A DNA stretch of 64,000 bases from an uncultured bacterium (GTDB lineage Bacteria > Krumholzibacteriota > Krumholzibacteriia > Krumholzibacteriales > Krumholzibacteriaceae). Below, in pieces: positions 29,415 to 37,801 of the stretch. The notes under the pieces were generated by a model. It had not been told where the DNA came from. It searched no databases and worked only from the letters and a program-made list of their open reading frames with translations. Each line of letters opens with the position of its first letter. Positions within the stretch are counted from its first letter, which is position 1. The translations under genes and the position numbers were made by a program. The stretch covers positions 36,966 through 100,965 of the forward strand of contig CBDUQN010000002.1 of the NCBI GenBank assembly GCA_965369375.1, in the 5' to 3' direction.

Positions 29415-30125
29415 ATGAAGGTGCTGTCGCTCGGCATACATCCCGATGATGCGGATTTCGGAACGGGGGGGTATCTCCTTCTTCTATCGCAGGCGGGCTG
29501 GGAGACGGTCATCCTCGATCTCACGGAGGGGGAGAGATCTACCAACGGAACAGTCGAGGAACGCAGAGATGAGGCGAAGCGATCCGCAGGCGTGCTCGGG
29601 CTGTCGAAGAGACTCAACTGCCGCCTTCCCGATTGCGGCATCGATCGGAGCGATTCGGGACAGCTCGTGTGCGTCGTGCGTCAGTTCCGTGCCGAACGGC
29701 CCGACCTCCTCCTCGTTCCGTACTGGGAAGACGATCATCCAGATCATATCGAAGGAAGCCATCTTGCGACGAGGGCGAGATATACGGCCGGTCTCGTCAA
29801 TTACCTGCCCGAAGGCGGAGAGCCGTACCGCATTCCGACCGTTTTGTATTATCCGTGCCGGAAGACGTTCAAGCCGACATTTATCGTGGATATTTCGTCC
29901 GTATTCGAGGAGAAGGAGCGCGCAGCACGGTGTTTCGAGAGCCAGGTGATACTGTCTGAGAAAACAAGGTCCACGCCGCTTAATTCTCCGCTTTTCCTCG
30001 ACCGGCTCAGGGCCCGATCTGTGACGCTGGGCGCGACGGCGGGGGTCGACTTCGGGGAGGCGTACCTTGCCACTGAACCGTTTCTTCTGAACAAATGCGA
30101 GCGGCTTGCTCCGGGGAGGTGGTAG
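29415..30125 (+). CDS. bshB: LmbE/PIG-L family N-acetylglucosaminyl deacetylase (BshB-like)
   Basis: N-terminal VLSLGIHPDDADFGTGG (HPDD motif) and a later HxDH motif. 236 aa. Sits between bshC and bshA. GGAGGAGGGAGG RBS. Confidence 0.7.
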   Translation: MKVLSLGIHPDDADFGTGGYLLLLSQAGWETVILDLTEGERSTNGTVEERRDEAKRSAGVLGLSKRLNCRLPDCGIDRSDSGQLVCVVRQFRAERPDLLLVPYWEDDHPDHIEGSHLATRARYTAGLVNYLPEGGEPYRIPTVLYYPCRKTFKPTFIVDISSVFEEKERAARCFESQVILSEKTRSTPLNSPLFLDRLRARSVTLGATAGVDFGEAYLATEPFLLNKCERLAPGRW

Positions 30126-30128
30126 GGC

Positions 30129-31262
30129 GTGGCCCAACAGGACTTGCTGCGAATCGGCATCACGTGCTATCCCTTTCTCGGCGGAAGCGGTATCGTCGCA
30201 ACCGAACTCGGTATCGAGCTCGCGCATCTCGGCCATGACGTCCATTTTATAACGACGTCCCAGCCGATCAGGCTCAAACACTTCACGCGGAACATATTCT
30301 TTCACCAGGTCAATGTCGATAACTACCCCGTATTTCATTCACCTCCCTACGTGCTCAATCTCGCGGTGAAGATGGTCGAGGTTGCGCGAAGAAACGCTCT
30401 CGACGTACTGCATGTTCACTATGCCATCCCGCACGCCGTTTCCGCATACCTCACCAAGGAGATACTCGGGTCGAATGCGCCGGGAATCATAACGACGCTG
30501 CATGGAACAGATATAACGCTCGTCGGCAACCGCCCGGGATTTTTCGACATAACCCGTTTCGCGATCGAGCGGAGCGACGCCGTTACGACCGTTTCGGAAT
30601 TTCTCAAAATCCAAACGCGGGAGACGTTCGATCTCGAGAAAGACATTGTCGTCATTCCCAACTTCGTCGATCAGCGAAGATTCAAACCGCTCGATGTAGA
30701 GGGCAGAAGGGAGCTCTTTGCGAAACCCGACGAGAAGATTGTCCTGCACGCGAGCAATTTCAGGGCGGTGAAGCGGGTCGATACGGTCATAAAGATCTTT
30801 GGCCGGATTGCCCGGTCGCGAGCGGCCCGGCTTCTGCTCATGGGTGACGGACCCGAACTCCACGCCACCCAGCTCCTCTCGGAAGAACTCGGACTGGGCG
30901 ATCGTGTGATCTTTCTCGGAGCAAATGAGAGCGTCGAGGAGATATTTCCAATTGCCGATGTTTTTATATTGCCGAGCGATCACGAGGCGTTCGGACTCGC
31001 GGCACTCGAGGCGATGAGCTGCGGCGTGCCGGTAATCGGCACTGCGAACGGCGGGATGCGCGAGTTTATAAAAGACGGCGTGAATGGTTTTCTCTACGAT
31101 CCCGATGATATCAATGGAATGGCCGGGCGCGCGATCGAGCTTCTCGGTGACGAAGCGCGGAGACTTTCCATCGGCAAGAATGCGAGATGCGCGGTTATTC
31201 AGAGCTTCACGCGTGAGAAAATCGTGAAAAAATATGTAGAGGTGTACCGCGGCCTCGTCTAA
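30129..31262 (+). CDS. bshA: GT4 glycosyltransferase BshA-like (N-acetyl-alpha-D-glucosaminyl L-malate synthase)
   Basis: N-terminus LRIGITCYPFLGGSGIVATELGIELAHLGHDVHFIT parallels Bacillus BshA ([35 protein letters not shown]). Retaining GT-B C-terminal motifs. GTG start. Confidence 0.75.
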   Translation: MAQQDLLRIGITCYPFLGGSGIVATELGIELAHLGHDVHFITTSQPIRLKHFTRNIFFHQVNVDNYPVFHSPPYVLNLAVKMVEVARRNALDVLHVHYAIPHAVSAYLTKEILGSNAPGIITTLHGTDITLVGNRPGFFDITRFAIERSDAVTTVSEFLKIQTRETFDLEKDIVVIPNFVDQRRFKPLDVEGRRELFAKPDEKIVLHASNFRAVKRVDTVIKIFGRIARSRAARLLLMGDGPELHATQLLSEELGLGDRVIFLGANESVEEIFPIADVFILPSDHEAFGLAALEAMSCGVPVIGTANGGMREFIKDGVNGFLYDPDDINGMAGRAIELLGDEARRLSIGKNARCAVIQSFTREKIVKKYVEVYRGLV

Positions 31263-31279
31263 AATCGGCTCGGCGAATC

Positions 31280-31678
31280 GTGGACTTTATCAAAGAGGCG
31301 TATTCGGCGATGAAGCACCTTGGGGAGACGTTGCAGAGGATTGAGGGGATCATAGAGCGTGATTCCCGGTACAAGGCAAACGCTTATACTTTTATCATGT
31401 CCGCGCTCGAATACACGGTGAGCTCTGTCCCTCAGACACGGCATGTATCGGGCAGGGAGCTGATTGCGGGGATCAGGCGGTTCGCGGTTCAGCAGTTCGG
31501 CCCGATGGCGAAAGAGGTGTTTAACTTCTGGGGCATTCATGCAACGGAAGATTTCGGGCATATCGTATTCAATCTCGTGGGGGAGGGGCTCCTGAGCAAA
31601 ACCGACGAAGACAGCATCGAGGATTTCCGCAACGGATACGATTTTAAGAAGGTGTTTGAAGACGATTACTACGGCTGA
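31280..31678 (+). CDS. Hypothetical cytoplasmic protein (132 aa)
   Basis: Clean ORF, GTG start, no recognised domain. Confidence 0.4.
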   Translation: MDFIKEAYSAMKHLGETLQRIEGIIERDSRYKANAYTFIMSALEYTVSSVPQTRHVSGRELIAGIRRFAVQQFGPMAKEVFNFWGIHATEDFGHIVFNLVGEGLLSKTDEDSIEDFRNGYDFKKVFEDDYYG

Positions 31679-31733
31679 CGATCTTTCATTACCACATCCG
31701 GTGAGTGACGAATCACTGAAATCGGTTCATGTA

Positions 31734-33938
31734 ATGGCTCTCGGGTTCTGTGCCCTCTGCGCGCAGGCCATTTTCATACGGGAGCTCATGGCCCTCTTCA
31801 CGGGGACGGAGCTCGTGATAGGCATTCTGTTCGCCGGTTGGCTTCTGTGGGTGGGACTCGGCGGGTTGGTGGGGGGCAGGATTCTCAGGGGAACGGGAAG
31901 GCAGGACTTCGCCCTCTTCGCAGTCATGGTCCTCATTGTATCGCTGCTTCTCCCGGTTACCGCCGTAGTAATCAGATTCGGCCGTGGGCTGATAGTTACG
32001 GTGCCCGGTGAGCTGCCCCGGTTCGCGCCCGCTCTCCTGCTCTCTCTCGCAGCGATGGCGCCGTTCGGGTTCCTCTACGGCACGCTCTACAACAGTGCAA
32101 GCAGATTGTGGAGAGAGAGAGGGGGGATTCGTGGCGGGGTGTCGCGGGTCTACATCTGGGAGGCGGCCGGTTCCATAGCGGGGGCGGTTGCGTTTTCATT
32201 TATTCTGCTTCCTTTTTTTTCCCAGCTCGAGGCGGCGTTCATTATCGCATTTATTGTTATCGCCATCGTGAATTTTCCCTCTGGAAGCAGGAGGCGGATC
32301 GTGGGCCGATCGGTGCTGCTTTGCGTTCTCGGCGCTGCTTTTCTCTTTCTCGCACCCCCGCTCGATCGGGTGAGTATCGAAGCCGTCTACCCGGGGTACC
32401 GCGTAGAGCGTTTTCTCTCGTCGAAATACGGCGAGATAGTGGCGGCATCGCGAGAAGAGGTGATCTCTTTCTTCTCGGCTGGAGGGAGGTTGTTCTCGGT
32501 TCCCGAGCCGGAACGAGCGGAGGAGGTTGTGCATTTACCATTGCTGCTGCATCCTGAGCCGAAACGTTTGCTTCTGATAGGGGGATCGCTCGGTGGGGGA
32601 TGGGAGGAGTCGATAAAGCATCCATCCATCGAGAGCGTTGACTGTCTGGAACTAGACGGTGAGCTTCTCAGGCTCGCGCTCGAGATGACGGCGGCGGATT
32701 CCTCGATGCTCGAAAATATCGATTCGAGCGGGAAAATCGAAATCGGCGGCAATCGAACGGTGCGGTTCATAGAGGGTGATGGCAGATTTTTTCTGTCGAC
32801 GAGGCGGGAACGGTACGACGTTATCATTCTCAGTGCGCCGCCGCCGGTCAATCTCCAGTGGAATCGTTACTATACGAGGGAATTCTTCGAGCTCGTGGCA
32901 ATGTCGCTGCATCGCGGCGGGCTCTTCGGATTCAGTCATCCCTCCTCTGAAAACTTCGTCTCCGAGGAGCAGGCGATGGTCCTTCGCTCGCTCGAGGTAA
33001 CACTCGAGAGCGTTTTCGGCGAGGTGACGATCCTTCCCGGCTCGACGGCCCACTTCATAGCGGGTGATGCGCCGATCGATTTGGGGGTGATTATGCCGAG
33101 GCTCGAGGCGAGGGGTATAGAGACGCTCTATATCAGCCGGGATTATATTCCGTACCGTTTCTCGAAAGACAGGATCGAATCCCTGGAGGCGACCCTCGCC
33201 GACGTAAGAAATGCCGGGGAGAATACCGATGCAAAGCCCGTTCTGCCCATTCATGAACTCGTCCTCGAGGGCAGACGGGTCGGCTCGCGCTTCATGGGGA
33301 TGTTCGAGGTTCTGCCGGCCGCGTCTTCTCTGATTGTCATAGGGATACTATCCGTTGCTATTATCATCCTGTTTATCACCGCGCGCGGCGCCGCCGCCGC
33401 GAGGCTCGGTGTGTGGGCGGTGGGTCTCGGAAGTTTCATCTTTCAGCTTCTCGTGCTGCTCGTGTACCAGTCGTTTTCCGGGATCTTGTATCAGGCGATT
33501 GTCATGATGACGGCGCTTTTCATGGCAGGCGCTTCCGTCGGCGCGTATGTTTCGTACCGTCGCCGGGGACGCGCGACGAGAACGCTCAGAATGATACATG
33601 CTGCTTATATTCTGCTGGCGCTTTCTATCATCGTGTGGACCCTTATAATCGAAAGGAGCGCGGTGCCGTACGGAGTGGGCGCCATGGTCTTTTTCCTGTA
33701 CGCGTTTTGCGGAGGAGGGCTCACGGGCATGTATTATCCGGTAGTCGTGCGGACTGCATTACCCGAGAACGAACGGTCGATTCCGGCTACTTTTTATGCG
33801 TGGGATCTCTTCGGGGCGTGTCTCGGCGGCCTTCTCGGCGGTGCGGTGCTCTTTCCCGCTCTCGGAATTCACGGAACGGCATTCTTCGTGGTGTTTATAC
33901 ACCTCGCTGCATCGATACTGCTCGCGGGGAGATGGTAG
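31734..33938 (+). CDS. Membrane-embedded spermidine-synthase-like (aminopropyltransferase-fold) protein flanked by polytopic TM domains
   Basis: Central region (LLLIGGSLGGG..., DCLELDGELLRLA, VRFIEGDGRFF, YDVIILSAPPP) matches the spermidine synthase / class I MTase fold. N- and C-terminal thirds are multi-pass hydrophobic. Start uncertain (TTG 31656 in the tool, ATG 31734 here). Confidence 0.55.
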   Translation: MALGFCALCAQAIFIRELMALFTGTELVIGILFAGWLLWVGLGGLVGGRILRGTGRQDFALFAVMVLIVSLLLPVTAVVIRFGRGLIVTVPGELPRFAPALLLSLAAMAPFGFLYGTLYNSASRLWRERGGIRGGVSRVYIWEAAGSIAGAVAFSFILLPFFSQLEAAFIIAFIVIAIVNFPSGSRRRIVGRSVLLCVLGAAFLFLAPPLDRVSIEAVYPGYRVERFLSSKYGEIVAASREEVISFFSAGGRLFSVPEPERAEEVVHLPLLLHPEPKRLLLIGGSLGGGWEESIKHPSIESVDCLELDGELLRLALEMTAADSSMLENIDSSGKIEIGGNRTVRFIEGDGRFFLSTRRERYDVIILSAPPPVNLQWNRYYTREFFELVAMSLHRGGLFGFSHPSSENFVSEEQAMVLRSLEVTLESVFGEVTILPGSTAHFIAGDAPIDLGVIMPRLEARGIETLYISRDYIPYRFSKDRIESLEATLADVRNAGENTDAKPVLPIHELVLEGRRVGSRFMGMFEVLPAASSLIVIGILSVAIIILFITARGAAAARLGVWAVGLGSFIFQLLVLLVYQSFSGILYQAIVMMTALFMAGASVGAYVSYRRRGRATRTLRMIHAAYILLALSIIVWTLIIERSAVPYGVGAMVFFLYAFCGGGLTGMYYPVVVRTALPENERSIPATFYAWDLFGACLGGLLGGAVLFPALGIHGTAFFVVFIHLAASILLAGRW

Positions 33939-33944
33939 CCCCGG

Positions 33945-35471
33945 CTATCGCAGGTCTAGTTCTCTTTCCGAAAAGATTTCCGCAGAGAAAACTTCTATCT
34001 TTATCCCCGGCTCTTTCCATGAATCCGCGGGAAGTCCCGCTTTCATGCAGGTATGCTCGAGAAAGGTCTTGCGGTCCCAACCCATTTCGGTTGCAACCTG
34101 CGGGAGAAGCAGGCCGCGGTTCACCCCCCGTGTGATTATGATGCCGTGCTTCCCGACTTCTATCTCCGATGGATCGTCAATCTTTCGTATCGGGCTCAGC
34201 ACCGATATCTCGATCTCGAGATCGGGGACCTCTCGGGTCGTAACGGGCCGGAACCGGTGGTCGCTGAATGCCGCGGCCTTTGCCATATCCCGTATCGTCT
34301 CGGCGAGCGGCTTGACCGCTTCGATGTATCCGATGCAGCCCCGAAGCTGTCCCTGCTTCTTGAGAGTGACGAATGCGCCGAGCGGCTTCTTCATGATCGC
34401 CGAGTCGGGGACTTCCGTGTCGGCCGTCTCACCGCTGCATTCGGCCTCGATCGTCCGGCGCGCGAGTGTAATGAGAAAAACCTTTTCGTCCCTGCTCAGT
34501 CCAACGATATCCTGCGACCCGGGGTGGTGGTCCTTGTTTTGCGAACCTGGAGGATTTGCCTTTCCCTGTGGATCCGGATTATGGATCTCTTTGCTTTGAG
34601 GCTCGCTTTTTTCTGAAGGCGCGCTCTCACTTCTTATTATCGCGGCGGAGACGTACCCTACGACGTTTCCCCTGTCGCCGGTGATATCGCCTGAAGTCGC
34701 ATAGTTGAGGACCTTGCATCGATCCGATCCGAGACTGCGGGCGGCGATCATGACTGCGGCCGTCGGTCCCCCGCCGCAGGCTTCTGTGCTACGTTCGCTC
34801 AGGGCGCTAGTGAGATCGTCCGCATCGAACGCCTCGAGCTTCTCGATAAAGACGCTATCGAGCTCCCGCGCAGTCTTGTCGTTGTGAAAATGTGAGAGAT
34901 CGGTGCTTGCGACCATCAGAACGTTGCGCCCCTGCAGCGCTTCTCCGAGAACCTCACCGAGGGCTCTGATATTCCTCGTGCTCTGATCTCCCATGACGAT
35001 CGGGACGAGTTCGAACGAGCCGAGTGCCACCTGCAGGAACGGTAGCTGTACCTCGAGTGAGTGCTCGCCGCGGTCGTGTGGTGTGAAGGTATGCCCTCTC
35101 GTATCGGCCCGCACGAGCTTATTCTTCGATGCAATGAGATCGGCGAGCTCTCGGGCGATAGGTATCTCGCCGAGGGGTGTCGCGTAGGCCTTCCCGGTGA
35201 AAACCGAGGAGAAATTAAAGTATTCGGTATGGCTCGGCGAGATTACGACGACGGCGTCATACTCTTTTCCCATTACGAGGCTGTAGCCGTAGGCTGCGAC
35301 TTGTCCAGAGTACATATATCCCGCGTGAGGAGAGACGAGCGCAATCACGTCTCCCTTACCGGCCGCTGCGTCGGCATTAGCGAGATACCGTTCGATTTCG
35401 GCCCGCAGTGCAGTCGGGTTGCCGGTATAGAACTGTCCCGCGAAAGCCGGCTTGCGAATCATCTGTTCCAT
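33945..35471 (-). CDS. AmmeMemoRadiSam system fusion protein: Memo-like (system protein B) N-terminal domain plus AMMECR1 (system protein A) C-terminal domain
   Basis: N-terminus MEQMIRKPAFAGQFYTGNP...VSPHAGYMYSG is Memo-like. C-terminus PLGAFVTLKKQGQLRGCIGYIE...GLLLPQV is AMMECR1. ATG 35471 has AAGGAG 5 nt upstream. The tool ORF to 35684 over-extends and would overlap the upstream gene by about 120 nt. Confidence 0.75.
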   Translation of the reverse strand: MEQMIRKPAFAGQFYTGNPTALRAEIERYLANADAAAGKGDVIALVSPHAGYMYSGQVAAYGYSLVMGKEYDAVVVISPSHTEYFNFSSVFTGKAYATPLGEIPIARELADLIASKNKLVRADTRGHTFTPHDRGEHSLEVQLPFLQVALGSFELVPIVMGDQSTRNIRALGEVLGEALQGRNVLMVASTDLSHFHNDKTARELDSVFIEKLEAFDADDLTSALSERSTEACGGGPTAAVMIAARSLGSDRCKVLNYATSGDITGDRGNVVGYVSAAIIRSESAPSEKSEPQSKEIHNPDPQGKANPPGSQNKDHHPGSQDIVGLSRDEKVFLITLARRTIEAECSGETADTEVPDSAIMKKPLGAFVTLKKQGQLRGCIGYIEAVKPLAETIRDMAKAAAFSDHRFRPVTTREVPDLEIEISVLSPIRKIDDPSEIEVGKHGIIITRGVNRGLLLPQVATEMGWDRKTFLEHTCMKAGLPADSWKEPGIKIEVFSAEIFSERELDLR

Positions 35472-35560
35472 TTCGCTCCTTCTTTTATCAGCCATAACCT
35501 GGGGCGCCGTCACGATTGTGGCGGTTACAAGCACAGCAATAATGCGCAGTAATCTCAAAT

Positions 35561-36709
35561 CTAGTCCTCCTGCCAGATCCCGGGAATCGAATGCCCGCAG
35601 AAGCGGCATCCGCCGTCCATAATGTCGACACGTTCGATGGTGTAGCCGCGCCTCGATATTACTACCTTGCCGCATTTCGGACAAACGGTACTTTCGGTCT
35701 TGTGCCCAGGCACGTTTCCGACATAGACATAGTCGAGGCCCTCTTCACGGCAAATCTCGTATGCCCGTTCGAGCGATGAAACGGGGGTGGGGGACAGGTT
35801 TGTCATGCGGTACTGGGGGAAGAATCGTGAAAAGTGAATCGGCACGTCGGCGCCGACGTTGGCGACGAGCCAGCGGGCCATTTCACGGATCTTGTCCGGG
35901 TTGTCGTTGAGCGTCGGCACCATGAGGTAAACGATCTCGAGCCATACTCCCTGCTTGCGTATCAGGATCAAGGCATCGAGAACGGGGCGGAGCTCCGAGC
36001 TGCAGACATCATGATAGTATGACTCTTCGAACGCTTTGAGGTCGACTTTTATCGCGTCGACCATGCCGCAGAGATCGAGCAGGGGATCTTTCTTGATATA
36101 GCCGCTCGATATTACGACGTTTCGTATTCCCTTGGCTGCGGCTTCTCGCGCGATATCCTGCATGTACTCAATGAAGACGACGGGCTCGCCGTATGTATAG
36201 GCGATTGACGGGGCGCGGTATCGTTCAGCCATGTCCACGATCTGCCGGGGCGGTGTGAAGCGGGTTTCAACCTGCTCCGGCGTTGATTGCGATATCTGCC
36301 AGTTCTGACAGAACTTGCACTCCATGTTGCAGCCTACCGTGGAGAGGGAGAGCGCCTGCGTACCGGGCAGGACATGGAAGAGCGGCTTCTTCTCTATCGG
36401 ATCGATATGGAGAGCGCAGGGATGACCGTATGCGAGCGCATAGTACGTGCCGTCCCTGTTCTCCCTCACGCCGCAGTATCCGCGCTCCCGGTCTCCGACC
36501 AGGCATTCCTTCGGGCAGAGGAGGCAGCGGATTTCGTGGTGCTCGAGTTTCTCGTAATACCGCGCTTCGACCGGCCTCTCACGAGCGCCCGTTCTCACCG
36601 GTATTCCGGCGGCCGCTACCGTCAGCAGCGCCGCTGAGCCGGTAATGAAGGTGCGCCGCGTTATGGCGTCACTTTCGCGCGTGTCGGCAATCTCTCGTTG
36701 CTTGCTCAT
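35561..36709 (-). CDS. AmmeMemoRadiSam system radical SAM enzyme with an N-terminal twin-arginine (TAT)-like extension
   Basis: CNMECKFCQNW (CxxxCxxC), conserved YYEKLEHHEIRCLLCPKEC...CGVREN N-terminal region, PFL-activase-like core. ATG 36709 with AGGAAC RBS gives a 48-aa leader TRRTFITGSAALLTVAAAG. An internal GTG at VRTGARERPV would remove the leader. Confidence 0.75.
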   Translation of the reverse strand: MSKQREIADTRESDAITRRTFITGSAALLTVAAAGIPVRTGARERPVEARYYEKLEHHEIRCLLCPKECLVGDRERGYCGVRENRDGTYYALAYGHPCALHIDPIEKKPLFHVLPGTQALSLSTVGCNMECKFCQNWQISQSTPEQVETRFTPPRQIVDMAERYRAPSIAYTYGEPVVFIEYMQDIAREAAAKGIRNVVISSGYIKKDPLLDLCGMVDAIKVDLKAFEESYYHDVCSSELRPVLDALILIRKQGVWLEIVYLMVPTLNDNPDKIREMARWLVANVGADVPIHFSRFFPQYRMTNLSPTPVSSLERAYEICREEGLDYVYVGNVPGHKTESTVCPKCGKVVISRRGYTIERVDIMDGGCRFCGHSIPGIWQED

Positions 36710-36745
36710 ATTCGTTCCTGTTTCCTCGATCACGTGAGGAGCATA

Positions 36746-37714
36746 CTATATATCGAGCTCGATCGTTTCAGTCGATTCGATACTGCCGATCCCGGCGCGC
36801 GCTGCTGTTTCGATATAAACGGGATAGATGCCCTTGTCCCGAAGACTCCGCCGCTGAAGGCCGCTCCGGTATTTTTCGAGCGCAGCGAGCGCCGTAACAT
36901 CGACCGATACGGGATTTCTGCCGGTGAGAATCGTGTTTGCCTCAACCGCCCACTGACTTTTGAACGAGGGACCGCCGTCGGCCTGTATGCGCGTGAGATC
37001 GCCGATAATGAGCGTCTCCCTTTCACGAATCAGCTTCATCGTGTTCAGATCGGCGATGTACGGGTCGCAGTGGTTGAGATGGTACCTGTTGGGATTATTT
37101 ATCGCTCCGAAGTAGTTTTTCAAGGCGAATGTGATTCCGCAGATCCCATGGTCCTTCAGAACGGGCATATTGATTACCTTGTTGCAGCGTCTTGCGAGAA
37201 TCTCGCTGAAGAGACTCGCCACCGATCCCTTCTCTTGGAGATCCCGTCCGTAGCCTGCCTCGTCTGTGCCGTAGCAATGCACGGCGCTCCCTCTTTTCGA
37301 AAGCTCATACCCGGCCTCCTCGAGCTCGCTGCTCTTGCGATCCCAGATGATGATCCTGTTCCGCCTGACTCCGCATATCTCGAGCCGGTCCGTCACCGCT
37401 CTCACAAGCATCGGATTTGTTGACATCGATGGGCCGCCGAGACAGTTTACCTTGATAGAAACATGGTCGGCGGGGGAGAAGAGACTGCTCCATGCATCGG
37501 CCGCATTCGGAGCGCCTGTCATCGCGGTCATGGATTTGTCCAGGAGAGATCCGAGTATCTCGATGTCGAGGCGCTTCTTTCCCCCGTACCTGGCGGTAAC
37601 GACTCTGCCGGAGGAAGGGGGGAGCGAATAACCACTGCGGGGCAGTCCCGCTCCGGAAAGTGCGCCACCGGCGAGAATTGTGAGCATGTCACGACGGCTG
37701 TAACGATTTTTCAC
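36746..37714 (-). CDS. DUF362-like protein with a TAT-type signal peptide
   Basis: N-terminus MKNRYSRRDMLTILAGGALSGAG (RR motif plus h-region). Conserved block VINMPVLKDHGICGITFALKNYFGAINNPNRYH resembles DUF362 (recalled from memory, not searched). GTG 37714 with GAGGAG upstream. Confidence 0.4.
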   Translation of the reverse strand: MKNRYSRRDMLTILAGGALSGAGLPRSGYSLPPSSGRVVTARYGGKKRLDIEILGSLLDKSMTAMTGAPNAADAWSSLFSPADHVSIKVNCLGGPSMSTNPMLVRAVTDRLEICGVRRNRIIIWDRKSSELEEAGYELSKRGSAVHCYGTDEAGYGRDLQEKGSVASLFSEILARRCNKVINMPVLKDHGICGITFALKNYFGAINNPNRYHLNHCDPYIADLNTMKLIRERETLIIGDLTRIQADGGPSFKSQWAVEANTILTGRNPVSVDVTALAALEKYRSGLQRRSLRDKGIYPVYIETAARAGIGSIESTETIELDI

Positions 37715-37740
37715 TGTCGAATCACTCCTCGCTACTATGT

Positions 37741-37769
37741 AAGATATCAGACAATGTTATGAAATTCAA
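37741..37769 (-). promoter_or_regulatory. Candidate sigma70-type promoter for the DUF362 / radical SAM / Memo-AMMECR1 operon (minus strand TTGAAT-N17-TATCTT)
   Basis: Hexamers read from the reverse complement of 37741-37769, about 27 nt upstream of the GTG at 37714. Confidence 0.3.
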
Positions 37770-37801
37770 GTGCGACGAGAGTTCCCGTCTGGAGCGCCGC
37801 C

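Noticed and set aside
33796-34616. Plus-strand ORFs (33796-34599, 34053-34616) overlapping the Memo-AMMECR1 gene
   Set aside because: Antisense to a well-conserved two-domain protein; composition biased; no start context.
35472-35684. N-terminal extension of the Memo-AMMECR1 ORF containing a hydrophobic LLRIIAVLVTATIVTAPQVMA segment that looks like a signal peptide
   Set aside because: It would overlap the upstream radical SAM gene by about 120 nt. An internal ATG at 35471 has a perfect AAGGAG RBS and yields the canonical Memo N-terminus MIRKPAFAGQFY. The hydrophobic stretch is a translated intergenic region.
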